Source of the DNA: Spirochaetia bacterium
GTDB taxonomy: Bacteria; Spirochaetota; Spirochaetia; WTKD01; G963693115
Reading direction: 5' to 3'
Assembly: GCA_965226055.1 (NCBI GenBank)
Contig: CBDDCA010000005.1
Location: forward strand, 352,001-416,000
Length of the DNA stretch: 64,000 nt
Position numbers and translations under genes: made by a program. The notes under the pieces are model-generated. The model saw only the letters and a list, made by a program, of their open reading frames with translations. It had not been told where the DNA came from and did no database searches. Positions 44,566 through 54,514 of this stretch are shown piece by piece. The first letter of the stretch is position 1. Every line of letters starts with the position of its first letter.

Positions 44566-44994
44566 ATGCCTCATACCTCTCCGTCTATACAATTTTTTCT
44601 CACAAAAGAAAAACTTACTGCAACAGAACACTTAGCTCCAAAAACAGACGAAGGGGCACACGTGTGTTTTCGAGGATATGTGCGAGATAACAACCCTTAT
44701 AAAGACACAACTAATATAGTTGCCATTGAATACCACTGCTACACAGAACTTGCACAGAAAGAAGGACTACGCATTTTGCAAGAGGCCAGCAGTATCTATC
44801 ATGCATATCGCATTTTCTGCATACATAGAATAGGAATAGTCTCTTTACAAGAAGCTTCTATTCATGTTGAAGTTGTCCATTCCCACAGACTTCAAGCCTT
44901 TCAAGCAACACAATATATCATGGATACCATAAAAAAAACCTTACCTATCTGGAAACAAGAAATTACTGTTAATGGAGAAAAAATATGGACATAG
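44566..44994 (+). CDS. moaE: Molybdopterin synthase catalytic subunit MoaE
   Basis: GA...F.G.VR, HRIG, HR..AF, PIWKQE. Confidence 0.93.
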   Translation: MPHTSPSIQFFLTKEKLTATEHLAPKTDEGAHVCFRGYVRDNNPYKDTTNIVAIEYHCYTELAQKEGLRILQEASSIYHAYRIFCIHRIGIVSLQEASIHVEVVHSHRLQAFQATQYIMDTIKKTLPIWKQEITVNGEKIWT

Positions 44995-46070
44995 ATACCA
45001 ATACATTTACCCAATACTATAAAAGACAAATACTCATAGAATCTTTTGGCATAGAAGAACAACAAAAAATAGCAAAACGCTCATGCCTTATTATAGGCAT
45101 GGGAGGACTTGGGTGTCCCATAGGACTATATCTAGCAACCAGTGGTATCGGAAACATAGGTATTTGTGACTACGATGAAATTGAATTTAGCAACATAGGA
45201 AGACAAATTCTTTTCTCTCCTCAAGACATAGGTCAGAAAAAATCCTCTGTTGCACAAAAAACATTACAAAACAAAAACCCATTTATCAATGTACAAGCAC
45301 ATGATACAATATTAAACGAATCAAATGCTCAAGAAATAATTTCTCAGTATGATCTAGTACTTGATTGTACTGACAACTTTCATAGTAAATATCTTATTCA
45401 TGACAGCTGTCTGTACCTTAAAAAAGATCTTGTTCAAGGCGCCTTATTTCAAACACAAGGAGCAATCCTAAGCCTTGCCTTTAGTAATACAACATTCAAA
45501 GGATGTATGAGATGCATGTGGGAACAAGAACCTTCTGCTTTATGCGTAAAATCATGTGCAGAAGCAGGAATACTAAACCTCGTAGCTGGTACTGTTGCAC
45601 TAAAACAAGCAACGACAGCATTACAATTTATAACAGAACAGTATCAAAATGCTGGCATATCAAGCCTATACAGCTATACTACACAAGAATGGATGGAGCT
45701 TGCTCTCCCATATAATGAGAATTGTGCATATTGTACAAAAAATGAACAACAACACATAAGTAAAGAACCACTTATAATAACCACCATACCTGATACCACT
45801 TGGTGTATATTAGACACAAGAAATGAACAAGATCAAAACAATTTTTTTGGAAAATACCCATATCTCAATGTTAGTGCAGAACAAATAAACAATCCTTCTC
45901 TCCTTACTCAAACACTCAACAAAGATACCCACTATGTAACAATATGCTACGCTGGAATTAGAAGCCTTGATATAGCAAGAAAGCTACGCATACTCGGATA
46001 TACCAATACACATTCTTATGCAGGAGGATACAAAAAATTTCTTATCAATGAGCATATTCTTACTGATTAG
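44985..46070 (+). CDS. moeB: MoeB/ThiF adenylyltransferase with C-terminal rhodanese domain
   Basis: GMGGLG, SNIGRQ, DCTDN, CMRC; rhodanese CYAGIRS. Confidence 0.9.
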   Translation: MDIDTNTFTQYYKRQILIESFGIEEQQKIAKRSCLIIGMGGLGCPIGLYLATSGIGNIGICDYDEIEFSNIGRQILFSPQDIGQKKSSVAQKTLQNKNPFINVQAHDTILNESNAQEIISQYDLVLDCTDNFHSKYLIHDSCLYLKKDLVQGALFQTQGAILSLAFSNTTFKGCMRCMWEQEPSALCVKSCAEAGILNLVAGTVALKQATTALQFITEQYQNAGISSLYSYTTQEWMELALPYNENCAYCTKNEQQHISKEPLIITTIPDTTWCILDTRNEQDQNNFFGKYPYLNVSAEQINNPSLLTQTLNKDTHYVTICYAGIRSLDIARKLRILGYTNTHSYAGGYKKFLINEHILTD

Positions 46071-46854
46071 CTTTCTTGTTAATGCACTCATAAGCTCTCT
46101 TATAGGGCTTGGAGGCGGAACTTTTTATCTTTTATTTCTTTCTCTTTTCTCTGTAAATCATGAAATTATCCCATTCATTGCCCTATTGTGTAACATAACA
46201 GTGAGCGGGACATCTGCAGGAATACAGCTTTTAAGAGGACAAAGAGAACATCTTTCCTTTTTCATATCTTTACTCATACCATCTATGATAAGCACTTACA
46301 TAGGAGGACAATTTGTTATAAACGCTCGTAATTTTCGTCTTATTCTCAGCAGTGTTATACTTCTTATACTATGCTTCTTACTCCTTATAAAAAAAACAAC
46401 TGCTTCTCCTTCAATAAAGCTACAACAGAACAACAAAATTTTAGTGGTATCTCTCATAAGTTTTGGTATTGGATTCTTATCAGGCATGATTGGTATTGGC
46501 GGTGGTATTATTTTAGGACCAGTGTTACATATGCTAGGTATGTCTTACTTAGATATTCCGTTAATTACAGCAATCTATATTTTTGTAAACTCTGTCATAG
46601 GAATAATTTCCCATACTATAAAATATACTAACAATGGTATGTATACAACCAGTATCCCTGCTCTTGAGTATCTAGGAAAACAGCTTATTCCATATATCCC
46701 TCTTATTTTCGTATGCCTATGCTCTGCTATTTTCTCTATTTATTTTAAGAAAAAACTAAAAAACGAGAGTACTATTAAAAACATATTATTTGTTATTATG
46801 CTATCTTTAACAATATACAATCTTATACAAACAGGAATATATTATTATGGATAA
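46048..46854 (+). CDS. TauE/SafE (TSUP) family membrane transporter
   Basis: Two GxGGG repeats (GLGGG, GIGGG) and ~8 TM segments; start 46018 or 46048. Confidence 0.85.
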   Translation: MSIFLLISFLVNALISSLIGLGGGTFYLLFLSLFSVNHEIIPFIALLCNITVSGTSAGIQLLRGQREHLSFFISLLIPSMISTYIGGQFVINARNFRLILSSVILLILCFLLLIKKTTASPSIKLQQNNKILVVSLISFGIGFLSGMIGIGGGIILGPVLHMLGMSYLDIPLITAIYIFVNSVIGIISHTIKYTNNGMYTTSIPALEYLGKQLIPYIPLIFVCLCSAIFSIYFKKKLKNESTIKNILFVIMLSLTIYNLIQTGIYYYG

Positions 46855-47365
46855 CACATTTCTTTCTCTCTCTATAGCATGTCTCACTATATCGGATACA
46901 CGAAATAAAGACAACGATATATCAGGAAAAGTAATAACAACACATATCAAAGAAGCTGGTCATATACTATCAGATTATACAATTACAAAAGACAATATCT
47001 ATGATATTCGTGCAGTTGTATCACAATGGATAGCAAACACAAACATACAAGTTATTATCACCACAGGAGGAACAGGCATTTTTGATACTGATGTAACACC
47101 AGAAGCATTAACAGTACTCTTTGATAAGCATATTGACGGATTTGGGGAACTGTTTCGCTATGTATCCTATAAAGAAATAGGAACATCGACAATGCAATCT
47201 CGTGTGTGTGCAGGCATAGCAAACAATACAATTATATTTGCACTTCCCGGTTCATCGAAAGCATGCAAAACAGGATGGACGCTTATTGAAGAACAGCTAG
47301 ATAGAAGCAAAAAATCATGTAGCTTTGTAAATGTATTGCATCGCGACACACTCTTTAGCGTATAA
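46847..47365 (+). CDS. moaB: Molybdenum cofactor biosynthesis protein B
   Basis: LTISDTR, TTGGTG..DVTPEA, GFGELFR, QSR, LPGS. Confidence 0.93.
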   Translation: MDNTFLSLSIACLTISDTRNKDNDISGKVITTHIKEAGHILSDYTITKDNIYDIRAVVSQWIANTNIQVIITTGGTGIFDTDVTPEALTVLFDKHIDGFGELFRYVSYKEIGTSTMQSRVCAGIANNTIIFALPGSSKACKTGWTLIEEQLDRSKKSCSFVNVLHRDTLFSV

Positions 47366-47370
47366 CACAT

Positions 47371-48630
47371 ATGATTTCAGTTGAGCAAGCAAAAAAAATA
47401 TTAAAAGAAGCTGAGCAGCTATTTTCTTCTCCTTTAGAAAGTGAGATTATTGCTTTACAATCAGCTCATAAAAGAATACTTGCAAAAAACATTTATTCAT
47501 CTTACGATTTTCCTGCCTTTCCTAACAGTGCTATGGATGGATTTGTATTTCATAGAGATGATATTGTACATTACCATACACAGAAAAAGCCTATTCCAAT
47601 ATACGGAGAAATTACAGCAGGAGATACACCTATTTCATTTCCTCGCTTGCAAGCACTCAAAATATTTACAGGTGCTCCAATACCCGATGGAGCAAACTGT
47701 GTTGTTCCTGTCGAGCAATGTATTGTAAAAGAAAATCATGTTACCATTACACAGGAGCTATCCAGCATAAAAGAAGGGCAGCACATACGTCCTAAAGGCC
47801 TAAATTTTACCAAAAATGAATGTGTACTCAGTCAAGGAACTGTCCTAAACAGTATGAATATGTCTGTGCTTGCTTCTATTGGAATTTCGTCAGTAGAAGT
47901 ATTCCGAAAAATTAAAATAGCCATTGGAGTAACAGGCAACGAGCTTACCCCATACAGCAATACAACATTACCAATAGGAAAAATATATGACTCAAATAGT
48001 GTGCTACTCTATCAACTATGTAAAGAACATGGACATGAAATAGTTATAGCAGATACCATACCAGACACTCTAGAAAGCACACAGAAATTTTTATTCCATG
48101 CAGTAGAACATGCTGATATAGTACTTACGACTGGAGGCATTTCTATGGGCGATAAAGATTACTTAAAGATACTACTAAACAAACTTAGTGCTACCAATAC
48201 ATGCAGAAAACATTTTCAAGGAGTAGCCATAAAACCAGGAAAACCATTTACCTTTGCTCACATACAAACCACAAAACACAATAGAACAACACAGGTCCCT
48301 CTCTTTTGTATGCCTGGCAACCCACTTTCTGCATGTATCACCTATTTATACTTTGTAGTCCCTTATATACATGCAATCTCAGGAAACAATGATACATCAA
48401 TAATACTAGAACAAGTTACTGCACCATGCCATTTCTCATCATATCCACGCACACGGTTTCTCTTTGGCATAAAAGACACAACAGAAAAAACAATAGCAAT
48501 ACTAGAAGATCAAAGCTCTGCTTCAATAAAAAACCTAAACACAGCAAACGGAGCACTCATTATTCCTGCTAACACAGTGATAGAAAAAAACGATCCTTTA
48601 CATTTTTTTCCGTTCCGCTGTTCTTGTTGA
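47371..48630 (+). CDS. moeA: Molybdopterin molybdenumtransferase MoeA
   Basis: NSAMDGF, IFTGAPIP.GA, TGNEL, TGGIS.GD.D, KPGKP, PGNP. Confidence 0.95.
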   Translation: MISVEQAKKILKEAEQLFSSPLESEIIALQSAHKRILAKNIYSSYDFPAFPNSAMDGFVFHRDDIVHYHTQKKPIPIYGEITAGDTPISFPRLQALKIFTGAPIPDGANCVVPVEQCIVKENHVTITQELSSIKEGQHIRPKGLNFTKNECVLSQGTVLNSMNMSVLASIGISSVEVFRKIKIAIGVTGNELTPYSNTTLPIGKIYDSNSVLLYQLCKEHGHEIVIADTIPDTLESTQKFLFHAVEHADIVLTTGGISMGDKDYLKILLNKLSATNTCRKHFQGVAIKPGKPFTFAHIQTTKHNRTTQVPLFCMPGNPLSACITYLYFVVPYIHAISGNNDTSIILEQVTAPCHFSSYPRTRFLFGIKDTTEKTIAILEDQSSASIKNLNTANGALIIPANTVIEKNDPLHFFPFRCSC

Positions 48631-48662
48631 ACTGTTGAACATAAAAAGATAAAACATATAAC

Positions 48663-49253
48663 CTATACTCCGTATAGCTGATACTCTTCATAGGTATTTA
48701 CATTTTTAAGAATATTTGCATCTATTGATGCCTTAGCGACATACATTGTTTTCTTCTTCAGTAGCTTCTGCAACGAATACTGTTTTTTTAGACAATGCTC
48801 ATTTATATGCGGTTGTATATCAGGCTCATAGAGAGCAAATAAAGGCTCAAAATAACTATCAGAAGTATATGGCACAGTTGCATACAAAGGAGCAGTAGTA
48901 TGTTCTTTATACATAGCACGCGTATGCATCAGGTAATTGATAGCTTCTTGTGTTATATGAGGCATATCAATGGCTACCACAAACCAAGTAACCATATACG
49001 CATGAAAAGCAGACACAATGCCTCCCATAGGACCACAACCTTCTTCTTGTATATCAGTAATATGTGGATACTTTAAGAGATAGTCTGCAACACTATGCTT
49101 TGCAACAGAAAAAAACACATACTCAAAACAGTTACATACCAGTGTATATACCCGCTTATACTGGGCTTCTCCATAATAACACAGAGAAGCCTTATCCTGC
49201 TTCATACGACTGCTCTTCCCTCCGCAGAGAATAAGAGCATGGTTTACAGTCAT
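48663..49253 (-). CDS. mobA: Molybdenum cofactor guanylyltransferase
   Basis: LCGGKSSRM.QDKA, GPMGGI, DMP, EPLFA.Y, NVNT. Confidence 0.93.
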   Translation of the reverse strand: MTVNHALILCGGKSSRMKQDKASLCYYGEAQYKRVYTLVCNCFEYVFFSVAKHSVADYLLKYPHITDIQEEGCGPMGGIVSAFHAYMVTWFVVAIDMPHITQEAINYLMHTRAMYKEHTTAPLYATVPYTSDSYFEPLFALYEPDIQPHINEHCLKKQYSLQKLLKKKTMYVAKASIDANILKNVNTYEEYQLYGV

Positions 49254-51334
49254 GATGCTTTTTGAATATTTACCGCTCCTGTCTTAAAAGATGGTTCACG
49301 TGAAAAAGGATCAAATGAAGATATAGTATGAATATTTGCCTCAACATAATGCATAGGAATAAAAATATATCCCTGACGAGAAGAGTCTCCCACTATTGCC
49401 TTAATCGTACATTCTCCACGACGAGACACAATAGTCACCATATCATTTGTCTTTACTCCTAATATATCAGCATCTTTCTCATTGATTTCACAGTACGGTT
49501 CTTTTAAGTCTTCCTTTTGTAACAAAGGAGCTTTTGCTGTGCGTGTTTGCGTATGAAATTGAAACACAGACCCGCGACCAGTCAGTAAACGGAACGGATA
49601 TGCCTCATCGATACTTTCTTTTTCTTCAATTATATCCTCAAATATAAATTTTGCCTTTTTATCTGGCGTATAAAACAAACCATCTTCAAAAAGCCTGCGT
49701 GTAGATGAAACAGTATCTCTATGAGCAGCGGTATAGGGCCATTGAATACCGTTATGTTTTTTCAAATCTTCCCAACTTTCAATACCAGTAATATCACATG
49801 GCATCCCTTTTGTAGCATCCCTTAACACAGAAAATACTTTTTCCATTGTATCAAAATTTTTAATAACATCATAACAGCCATAACTCTGTGCAACCCTGCG
49901 TACTATTTCAAAATCAGGAAGAGATTCTCCTAACGGTTCAATAGCAGCTTCAAATACTCCAAAACGACGCTCAGAATTGATAAAAAATCCCTCTTTTTCC
50001 AAAGAGCCTGAAGCAGGCAAGAGAATATCTGCGTATTCTGCAGTTATAGTATCTGACCATAAATCTTGAACAACAAGAAGCTCTAGATTTTTCAATGATT
50101 TCTTAAGGGCATTCAAGTCCACCCAAGAATGCAGTGGGTTTGTACATACAATCCATAATGCTTTTATGCTCCCATCCCCTACTCCTTCAATAATTTTATC
50201 ATAAGGTTTTGTTGGCCCCGCAGGCAATATACTAGGATCTATACCCATGAGATCCCCAATAAGTTGTCTGTCATTCTCATTGGTAAAATCACGCCCTCCA
50301 AATAATCCAGTAGTATTACTATGAAGACGAGAGCCCATAGCATTCGCTTGTCCTGTAATTGAGTTTGCTCCTGTACCTGGACGACCTATATTTCCAGTCA
50401 TCAAACAAATATTGATAATAGCCTGTGCCGTACGCACCGCTTGATGACTCTGATTTACTCCCATTGTCCACCAAAAAGAAACTTTCTTACTTGTGTGAAT
50501 TGTGTTAGCAAACTTACTTGCTTCCTCACTTGTAATACCTGTTGCTGCTTCTAACTTGTCCAAAGTAAATGAAGCAACATGAGCTTTAAAATCTTCAAAA
50601 CCATTGGTATTGCTCTGTATAAATTTTTCATCTATCCAATTATTAGCTATCAAAACATTAGCAACTGTATATAACAGTATTAAATCAGTCTTAGAAGTAA
50701 CTGCTAAATGCTGTGTAGCAAAACTAGCAGTCTTTGTTTTTCGAGGATCAATAACAATAAGTTCAGGATTATTCTTGTTCTTTCTAAAATGATTCCAAAT
50801 AACAGGATGTGCTATTACTGGGTTTGCACCAACTAACACAACACAATCTGATTCTGTAATATCTGCATAGGTAAAAGGAGGAGCATCAAAACCAAAGGCT
50901 TGCTTATATCCTACTACCGCACTTGCCATACATTGACGTGTATTTCCATCACCATGTATGCCCATACCAATACGTCCTACTGCTCCTAAAATTGCCATTT
51001 CTTGTGTTGGCATTTGTCCTGTACTAATAAACGCCCCCGAATCTCTTCCATATTTTTCTTGAATTTTCTTTAATCGCGAGGTAAAAGTATCGATTGCTGT
51101 ATCCCAACTTGCTTTTTGAAATACTCCTTTTTCGTCTTTTACAAGCGGATGTAACAAACGTTGATCGTTTATCATAGCAGCAGCTAAATTAAACCCTTTT
51201 GGACAACATTTTTTTTCATTTACAACATGATCCGCTGGGACCATCTTTACTATTGTATTGCCTTCAGTATGCACATCAAAATTGCATCCAACAGAACAAT
51301 AACTACATGTTGTTTTTGTTATTTGTGGTGTCAT
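49250..51334 (-). CDS. Cytoplasmic Mo-bisPGD nitrate reductase catalytic subunit (NasA/NarB/clostridial type)
   Basis: CSYCSVGC..C.KG Fe-S motif, NTRQCMASA Mo ligand, WTMGVNQ, SITGQANAMG, EP.FK; no Tat signal. Confidence 0.88.
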   Translation of the reverse strand: MTPQITKTTCSYCSVGCNFDVHTEGNTIVKMVPADHVVNEKKCCPKGFNLAAAMINDQRLLHPLVKDEKGVFQKASWDTAIDTFTSRLKKIQEKYGRDSGAFISTGQMPTQEMAILGAVGRIGMGIHGDGNTRQCMASAVVGYKQAFGFDAPPFTYADITESDCVVLVGANPVIAHPVIWNHFRKNKNNPELIVIDPRKTKTASFATQHLAVTSKTDLILLYTVANVLIANNWIDEKFIQSNTNGFEDFKAHVASFTLDKLEAATGITSEEASKFANTIHTSKKVSFWWTMGVNQSHQAVRTAQAIINICLMTGNIGRPGTGANSITGQANAMGSRLHSNTTGLFGGRDFTNENDRQLIGDLMGIDPSILPAGPTKPYDKIIEGVGDGSIKALWIVCTNPLHSWVDLNALKKSLKNLELLVVQDLWSDTITAEYADILLPASGSLEKEGFFINSERRFGVFEAAIEPLGESLPDFEIVRRVAQSYGCYDVIKNFDTMEKVFSVLRDATKGMPCDITGIESWEDLKKHNGIQWPYTAAHRDTVSSTRRLFEDGLFYTPDKKAKFIFEDIIEEKESIDEAYPFRLLTGRGSVFQFHTQTRTAKAPLLQKEDLKEPYCEINEKDADILGVKTNDMVTIVSRRGECTIKAIVGDSSRQGYIFIPMHYVEANIHTISSFDPFSREPSFKTGAVNIQKAS

Positions 51335-51352
51335 AAAAAACTCCTTACATTC

Positions 51353-51382
51353 TTTATATTTAAGACATATCTTAAATATAAA
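51353..51382. other. AT-rich hairpin between narK and the nitrate reductase gene
   Basis: TTTATATTTAAGA-cata-TCTTAAATATAAA. Confidence 0.5.
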
Positions 51383-51391
51383 TGATAAAAT

Positions 51392-52666
51392 TTACTTACT
51401 TGCTTTCGCAGGCTTAAGCAATGCTACTAACAATAATGAAAGAATACTCAATACAAAAAATACATAAAATCCTTGTAAAAATCCAGGGTCTTTTTCTATC
51501 CCTGCTGTACGAAATAAAGAAAGTATTTTTGGTAACACATACCCACCAAGTGCACCAAGTCCTCCAACCCATCCAGCAGCTCCACCAATGGCATGAGGAA
51601 CATAGGCTGGCACAAGTTTAAAAACACCAGCATTTACAATGCCCATTCCAAGTGTCATCAAAATAAGCCCTACAACACTCATACCTATAGAACTAAACAG
51701 AGCAAGAATCAAAGATCCAATGGCAGTTACTACTAAGAAAACAGTAACTGCTTTTCTTCCGCCAATTCTATCAGAAAAGCCACCTCCATATACGCGTATT
51801 ACCGAAGCACCAATAAGATATATAGCACCAAGTGTCCCTGACACCTGAGCACTTATCCCATAATAGTCTTGAAAGAACACTCTAAACCATCCACCAAGAG
51901 CCAAGAAACCACCGAAAGATAAGAAATACACAAAGACTAACACCCATGTTTGCCATACTTTAGCAGAGGTCTTTAAGCTGGCAATAACAGTGCCTTTAGG
52001 AAATAAGCTCTGTCCTTTTTCTTTAGCTATAGATATAGCTTCTTCCTCACTAGCCCCTTGCTGTTTTAGCTGAAAAAACCATGCATTTTGTGCATAAATA
52101 GCGTATACAATAGTACCTACTATCAAAAATATTGTCCATGCAATATATGTTGTTTTCAATCCAAGATAAGGAAGAAAAATATTACTCACAAGTAACAAAG
52201 CAATTCCAGGAGCTAAGTTGCCAATCCCTGCGTAGTTTCCCAATGCTTTTCCTTGCTGTTCTTGTGCAAACCAATACGAAGTCTGTCCTATTCCTACAGA
52301 AAATGTCGCTATACCACATCCAGCTAAAGCACCAGCACTCAACAGTATCCATAAATTTTCTCTTAAGTATTCTGCACTCTTTGTGTACAGTAATGTAGTA
52401 AAAATAATCATTCCTATAATTGCCAATCCCAAGAGAACAAGCATTGGTTTCTTGCCTCCTGTAGACTCAACCCATGCCGCAAAAGGAATACGGAACAACG
52501 AACCTGTAAGAGCTGCTATGCCTAACAAATTCCCTGTCTGAACAGGATCAAGATTCAAATACTTGACAAGCGGTGTTGTAAGAGTAACCGCAGCAAAACC
52601 AATAAAGAATGCTAACGTAGCACTCGTAAGCCCCGACTTAGGGGTGCCTTTTAATGTATAATTCAT
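51392..52666 (-). CDS. NarK/NrtP-family nitrate/nitrite MFS transporter
   Basis: GGAGG-led MNYTLKG; GSLFRIP, AGIGN, GFLA, GMGIVNAGVFKLVP, GGAAGWVGGLGALGG. Confidence 0.88.
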   Translation of the reverse strand: MNYTLKGTPKSGLTSATLAFFIGFAAVTLTTPLVKYLNLDPVQTGNLLGIAALTGSLFRIPFAAWVESTGGKKPMLVLLGLAIIGMIIFTTLLYTKSAEYLRENLWILLSAGALAGCGIATFSVGIGQTSYWFAQEQQGKALGNYAGIGNLAPGIALLLVSNIFLPYLGLKTTYIAWTIFLIVGTIVYAIYAQNAWFFQLKQQGASEEEAISIAKEKGQSLFPKGTVIASLKTSAKVWQTWVLVFVYFLSFGGFLALGGWFRVFFQDYYGISAQVSGTLGAIYLIGASVIRVYGGGFSDRIGGRKAVTVFLVVTAIGSLILALFSSIGMSVVGLILMTLGMGIVNAGVFKLVPAYVPHAIGGAAGWVGGLGALGGYVLPKILSLFRTAGIEKDPGFLQGFYVFFVLSILSLLLVALLKPAKASK

Positions 52667-52699
52667 AGTATCCCTCCTAATAATATACAATCTATGTAT

Positions 52700-52729
52700 A
52701 TTATAGCATATTTTTAAATATGCGTGCAA
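52700..52729 (-). promoter_or_regulatory. Sigma70 promoter with a palindromic spacer (candidate operator)
   Basis: TTGCAC-18nt-TATAAT; the spacer GCATATTT-aa-AAATATGC is an 8-2-8 inverted repeat. Confidence 0.65.
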
Positions 52730-52816
52730 AAAGATGGAAACTTTTCATTACTATATCAACTGTTATATTTACTAGATTTATATCTTTCTATAAGCCATAT
52801 GCACTATAGATATATG

Positions 52817-53212
52817 CTATAGATTCGTTTTGTGCTTATAAGAACTATACATCGTGTAATTTTTATGTGGACCGGTAACTATCCACTGCAACATAATGGT
52901 ATTATCACTATAGCACCAAGTTCCTATGTATATATCTTTTCCACATACATGCTTTATATTGAAATATCCATGTATAGAATCCAATGTATAAAATTCACGC
53001 CCATCGGAAAACATGACAGAAAACCTTTTGCTCATATCAATGGTATATATCTGATAAAAGGACATGCCATTCATTGTCCCTCTTTCTACCCATGAAGTCT
53101 TTGCGATATTCATATGGCCATGAGCAGTACTTTGTTTATGAATATTTCTATCAACAACGGTACGTTCTAAAGACCATGTGCCAATAAGTGCTTCTTCTAA
53201 TATATTATACAA
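52817..53212 (-). CDS. DUF6314-like protein
   Basis: GTWSLERT, F.DGR.F, H.C..D.Y.G, W.VTGP.K.Y pattern (family recognised from memory). Confidence 0.65.
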   Translation of the reverse strand: MYNILEEALIGTWSLERTVVDRNIHKQSTAHGHMNIAKTSWVERGTMNGMSFYQIYTIDMSKRFSVMFSDGREFYTLDSIHGYFNIKHVCGKDIYIGTWCYSDNTIMLQWIVTGPHKNYTMYSSYKHKTNL

Positions 53213-53251
53213 ACAAGGACAATACTATATTTTTCTATTAAAACAAAGATA

Positions 53252-53818
53252 CTATTTTTTTATCTTGCTCCATACCAATGGAAACAAGAGAGCAGCAAAC
53301 AACATCTTTATTATATCACCAATAATAAAAGGGGTGAAGCCTAAGGCAAAAATTGGCTTATCCCAACCAAGAATAATGCCTAACTGTATCAGCCCGGGAA
53401 TGTAAATCACAATATTACCAATAAGCATAGCTACACATGTTTTTATAAATGAACGATCCCATCCTTTCTCCGATAGAAGACCAACGATATACGCAGCTAA
53501 TACAAAGCCGATAAGATACCCTCCTGTTGGACCAAGTATTGTTGCAATACCAGATTTAAATCCTGCAAACACTGGAATGCCTATAATTCCTTCTCCTAAA
53601 TACATAATAAGAGATAAAGCTCCATAGCGTGCCCCCAGTACCATACCAATAGACAATACCGCAAAAGTCTGTCCTGTTATTGGAACTAACGTAAAAGGAA
53701 GAGGAATAGTAATTTGTGCGCTTATAGCAATAACAATACTGCCTAAAAAAGCAAGCAAAATATTCTTAATCTTTGTGTTAACAACAGAAATAGTAATATA
53801 CGAGGATAAAACTTTCAT
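53252..53818 (-). CDS. bioY: Biotin transporter BioY
   Basis: VPITGQT, Y...G..G.PVFAG, GPTGGYLIGF, PFIIGD..K. Confidence 0.94.
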   Translation of the reverse strand: MKVLSSYITISVVNTKIKNILLAFLGSIVIAISAQITIPLPFTLVPITGQTFAVLSIGMVLGARYGALSLIMYLGEGIIGIPVFAGFKSGIATILGPTGGYLIGFVLAAYIVGLLSEKGWDRSFIKTCVAMLIGNIVIYIPGLIQLGIILGWDKPIFALGFTPFIIGDIIKMLFAALLFPLVWSKIKK

Positions 53819-53910
53819 ACAATACTCCTTAAATAATAATACAAGTGTAGCATGTTATGCAAAACTATTCAATACTTACTCTAAAAACACATTAGGTATA
53901 CCTAGTATCA

Positions 53911-54360
53911 TTAAGGCTGTAATATATTTAAGTTCGTAATAGTATCTTTACTTCTGAAAAAAGTCCCTTCATATACTTGTATAAATAACTCAACTACGGC
54001 ATATACTTCTGCTTCAAATAAATGCCCTCCAAATACAGTACAATCTTTTGTTTTGTCCGTGAAATTTACATGGCTATGTACAAATAATTTCTCGTCTTCT
54101 CCTTCATTCTTTACAATTCCCACATTTCCAATAATACTTGTAAGTTCATACCCACCTTCATATTTTTTATTGGTATAAGATTTAGTTGGTCTATTGTATT
54201 CTCCTACATCTACATTGCAAATAGCCCCAATTCCTGAAAATGAAGCAGCTCGGATATTTTTACTCTGACAAAATGCTTCAATAGCAGCCTGTACCTTATC
54301 GCCTACATGTAATGCTAACATATAGGTTTCTCTAGGGATTAGTTTTCTTTCTACTTTCAT
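53911..54360 (-). CDS. PPC/DUF296-domain protein
   Basis: SGIGA, ELTSIIGN, HSH, GGHL. Confidence 0.88.
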   Translation of the reverse strand: MKVERKLIPRETYMLALHVGDKVQAAIEAFCQSKNIRAASFSGIGAICNVDVGEYNRPTKSYTNKKYEGGYELTSIIGNVGIVKNEGEDEKLFVHSHVNFTDKTKDCTVFGGHLFEAEVYAVVELFIQVYEGTFFRSKDTITNLNILQP

Positions 54361-54366
54361 ATATTT

Positions 54367-54395
54367 ATTGTAAGATGAATATAAAAAAATTGCAA
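54367..54395 (-). promoter_or_regulatory. Sigma70 promoter placing +1 on the ATG of the PPC gene (leaderless)
   Basis: TTGCAA-17-TACAAT-6nt-ATG; no SD. Confidence 0.7.
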
Positions 54396-54413
54396 TATGG
54401 AAATTCTAATCAT

Positions 54414-54439
54414 TGCGGATTCAAGGATTAAATGCGACA
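54414..54439 (+). mobile_element. Solo IS30-like terminal inverted repeat, copy 3
   Basis: TGCGGATTCAAGGATTAAATGCGACA (26 bp). Confidence 0.6.
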
Positions 54440-54514
54440 AAGGATCAAACATCATTTTTAATATATTGATACAATAAGTATGTATACTTTATATTTTTCT
54501 AATAGGAGATTTTT

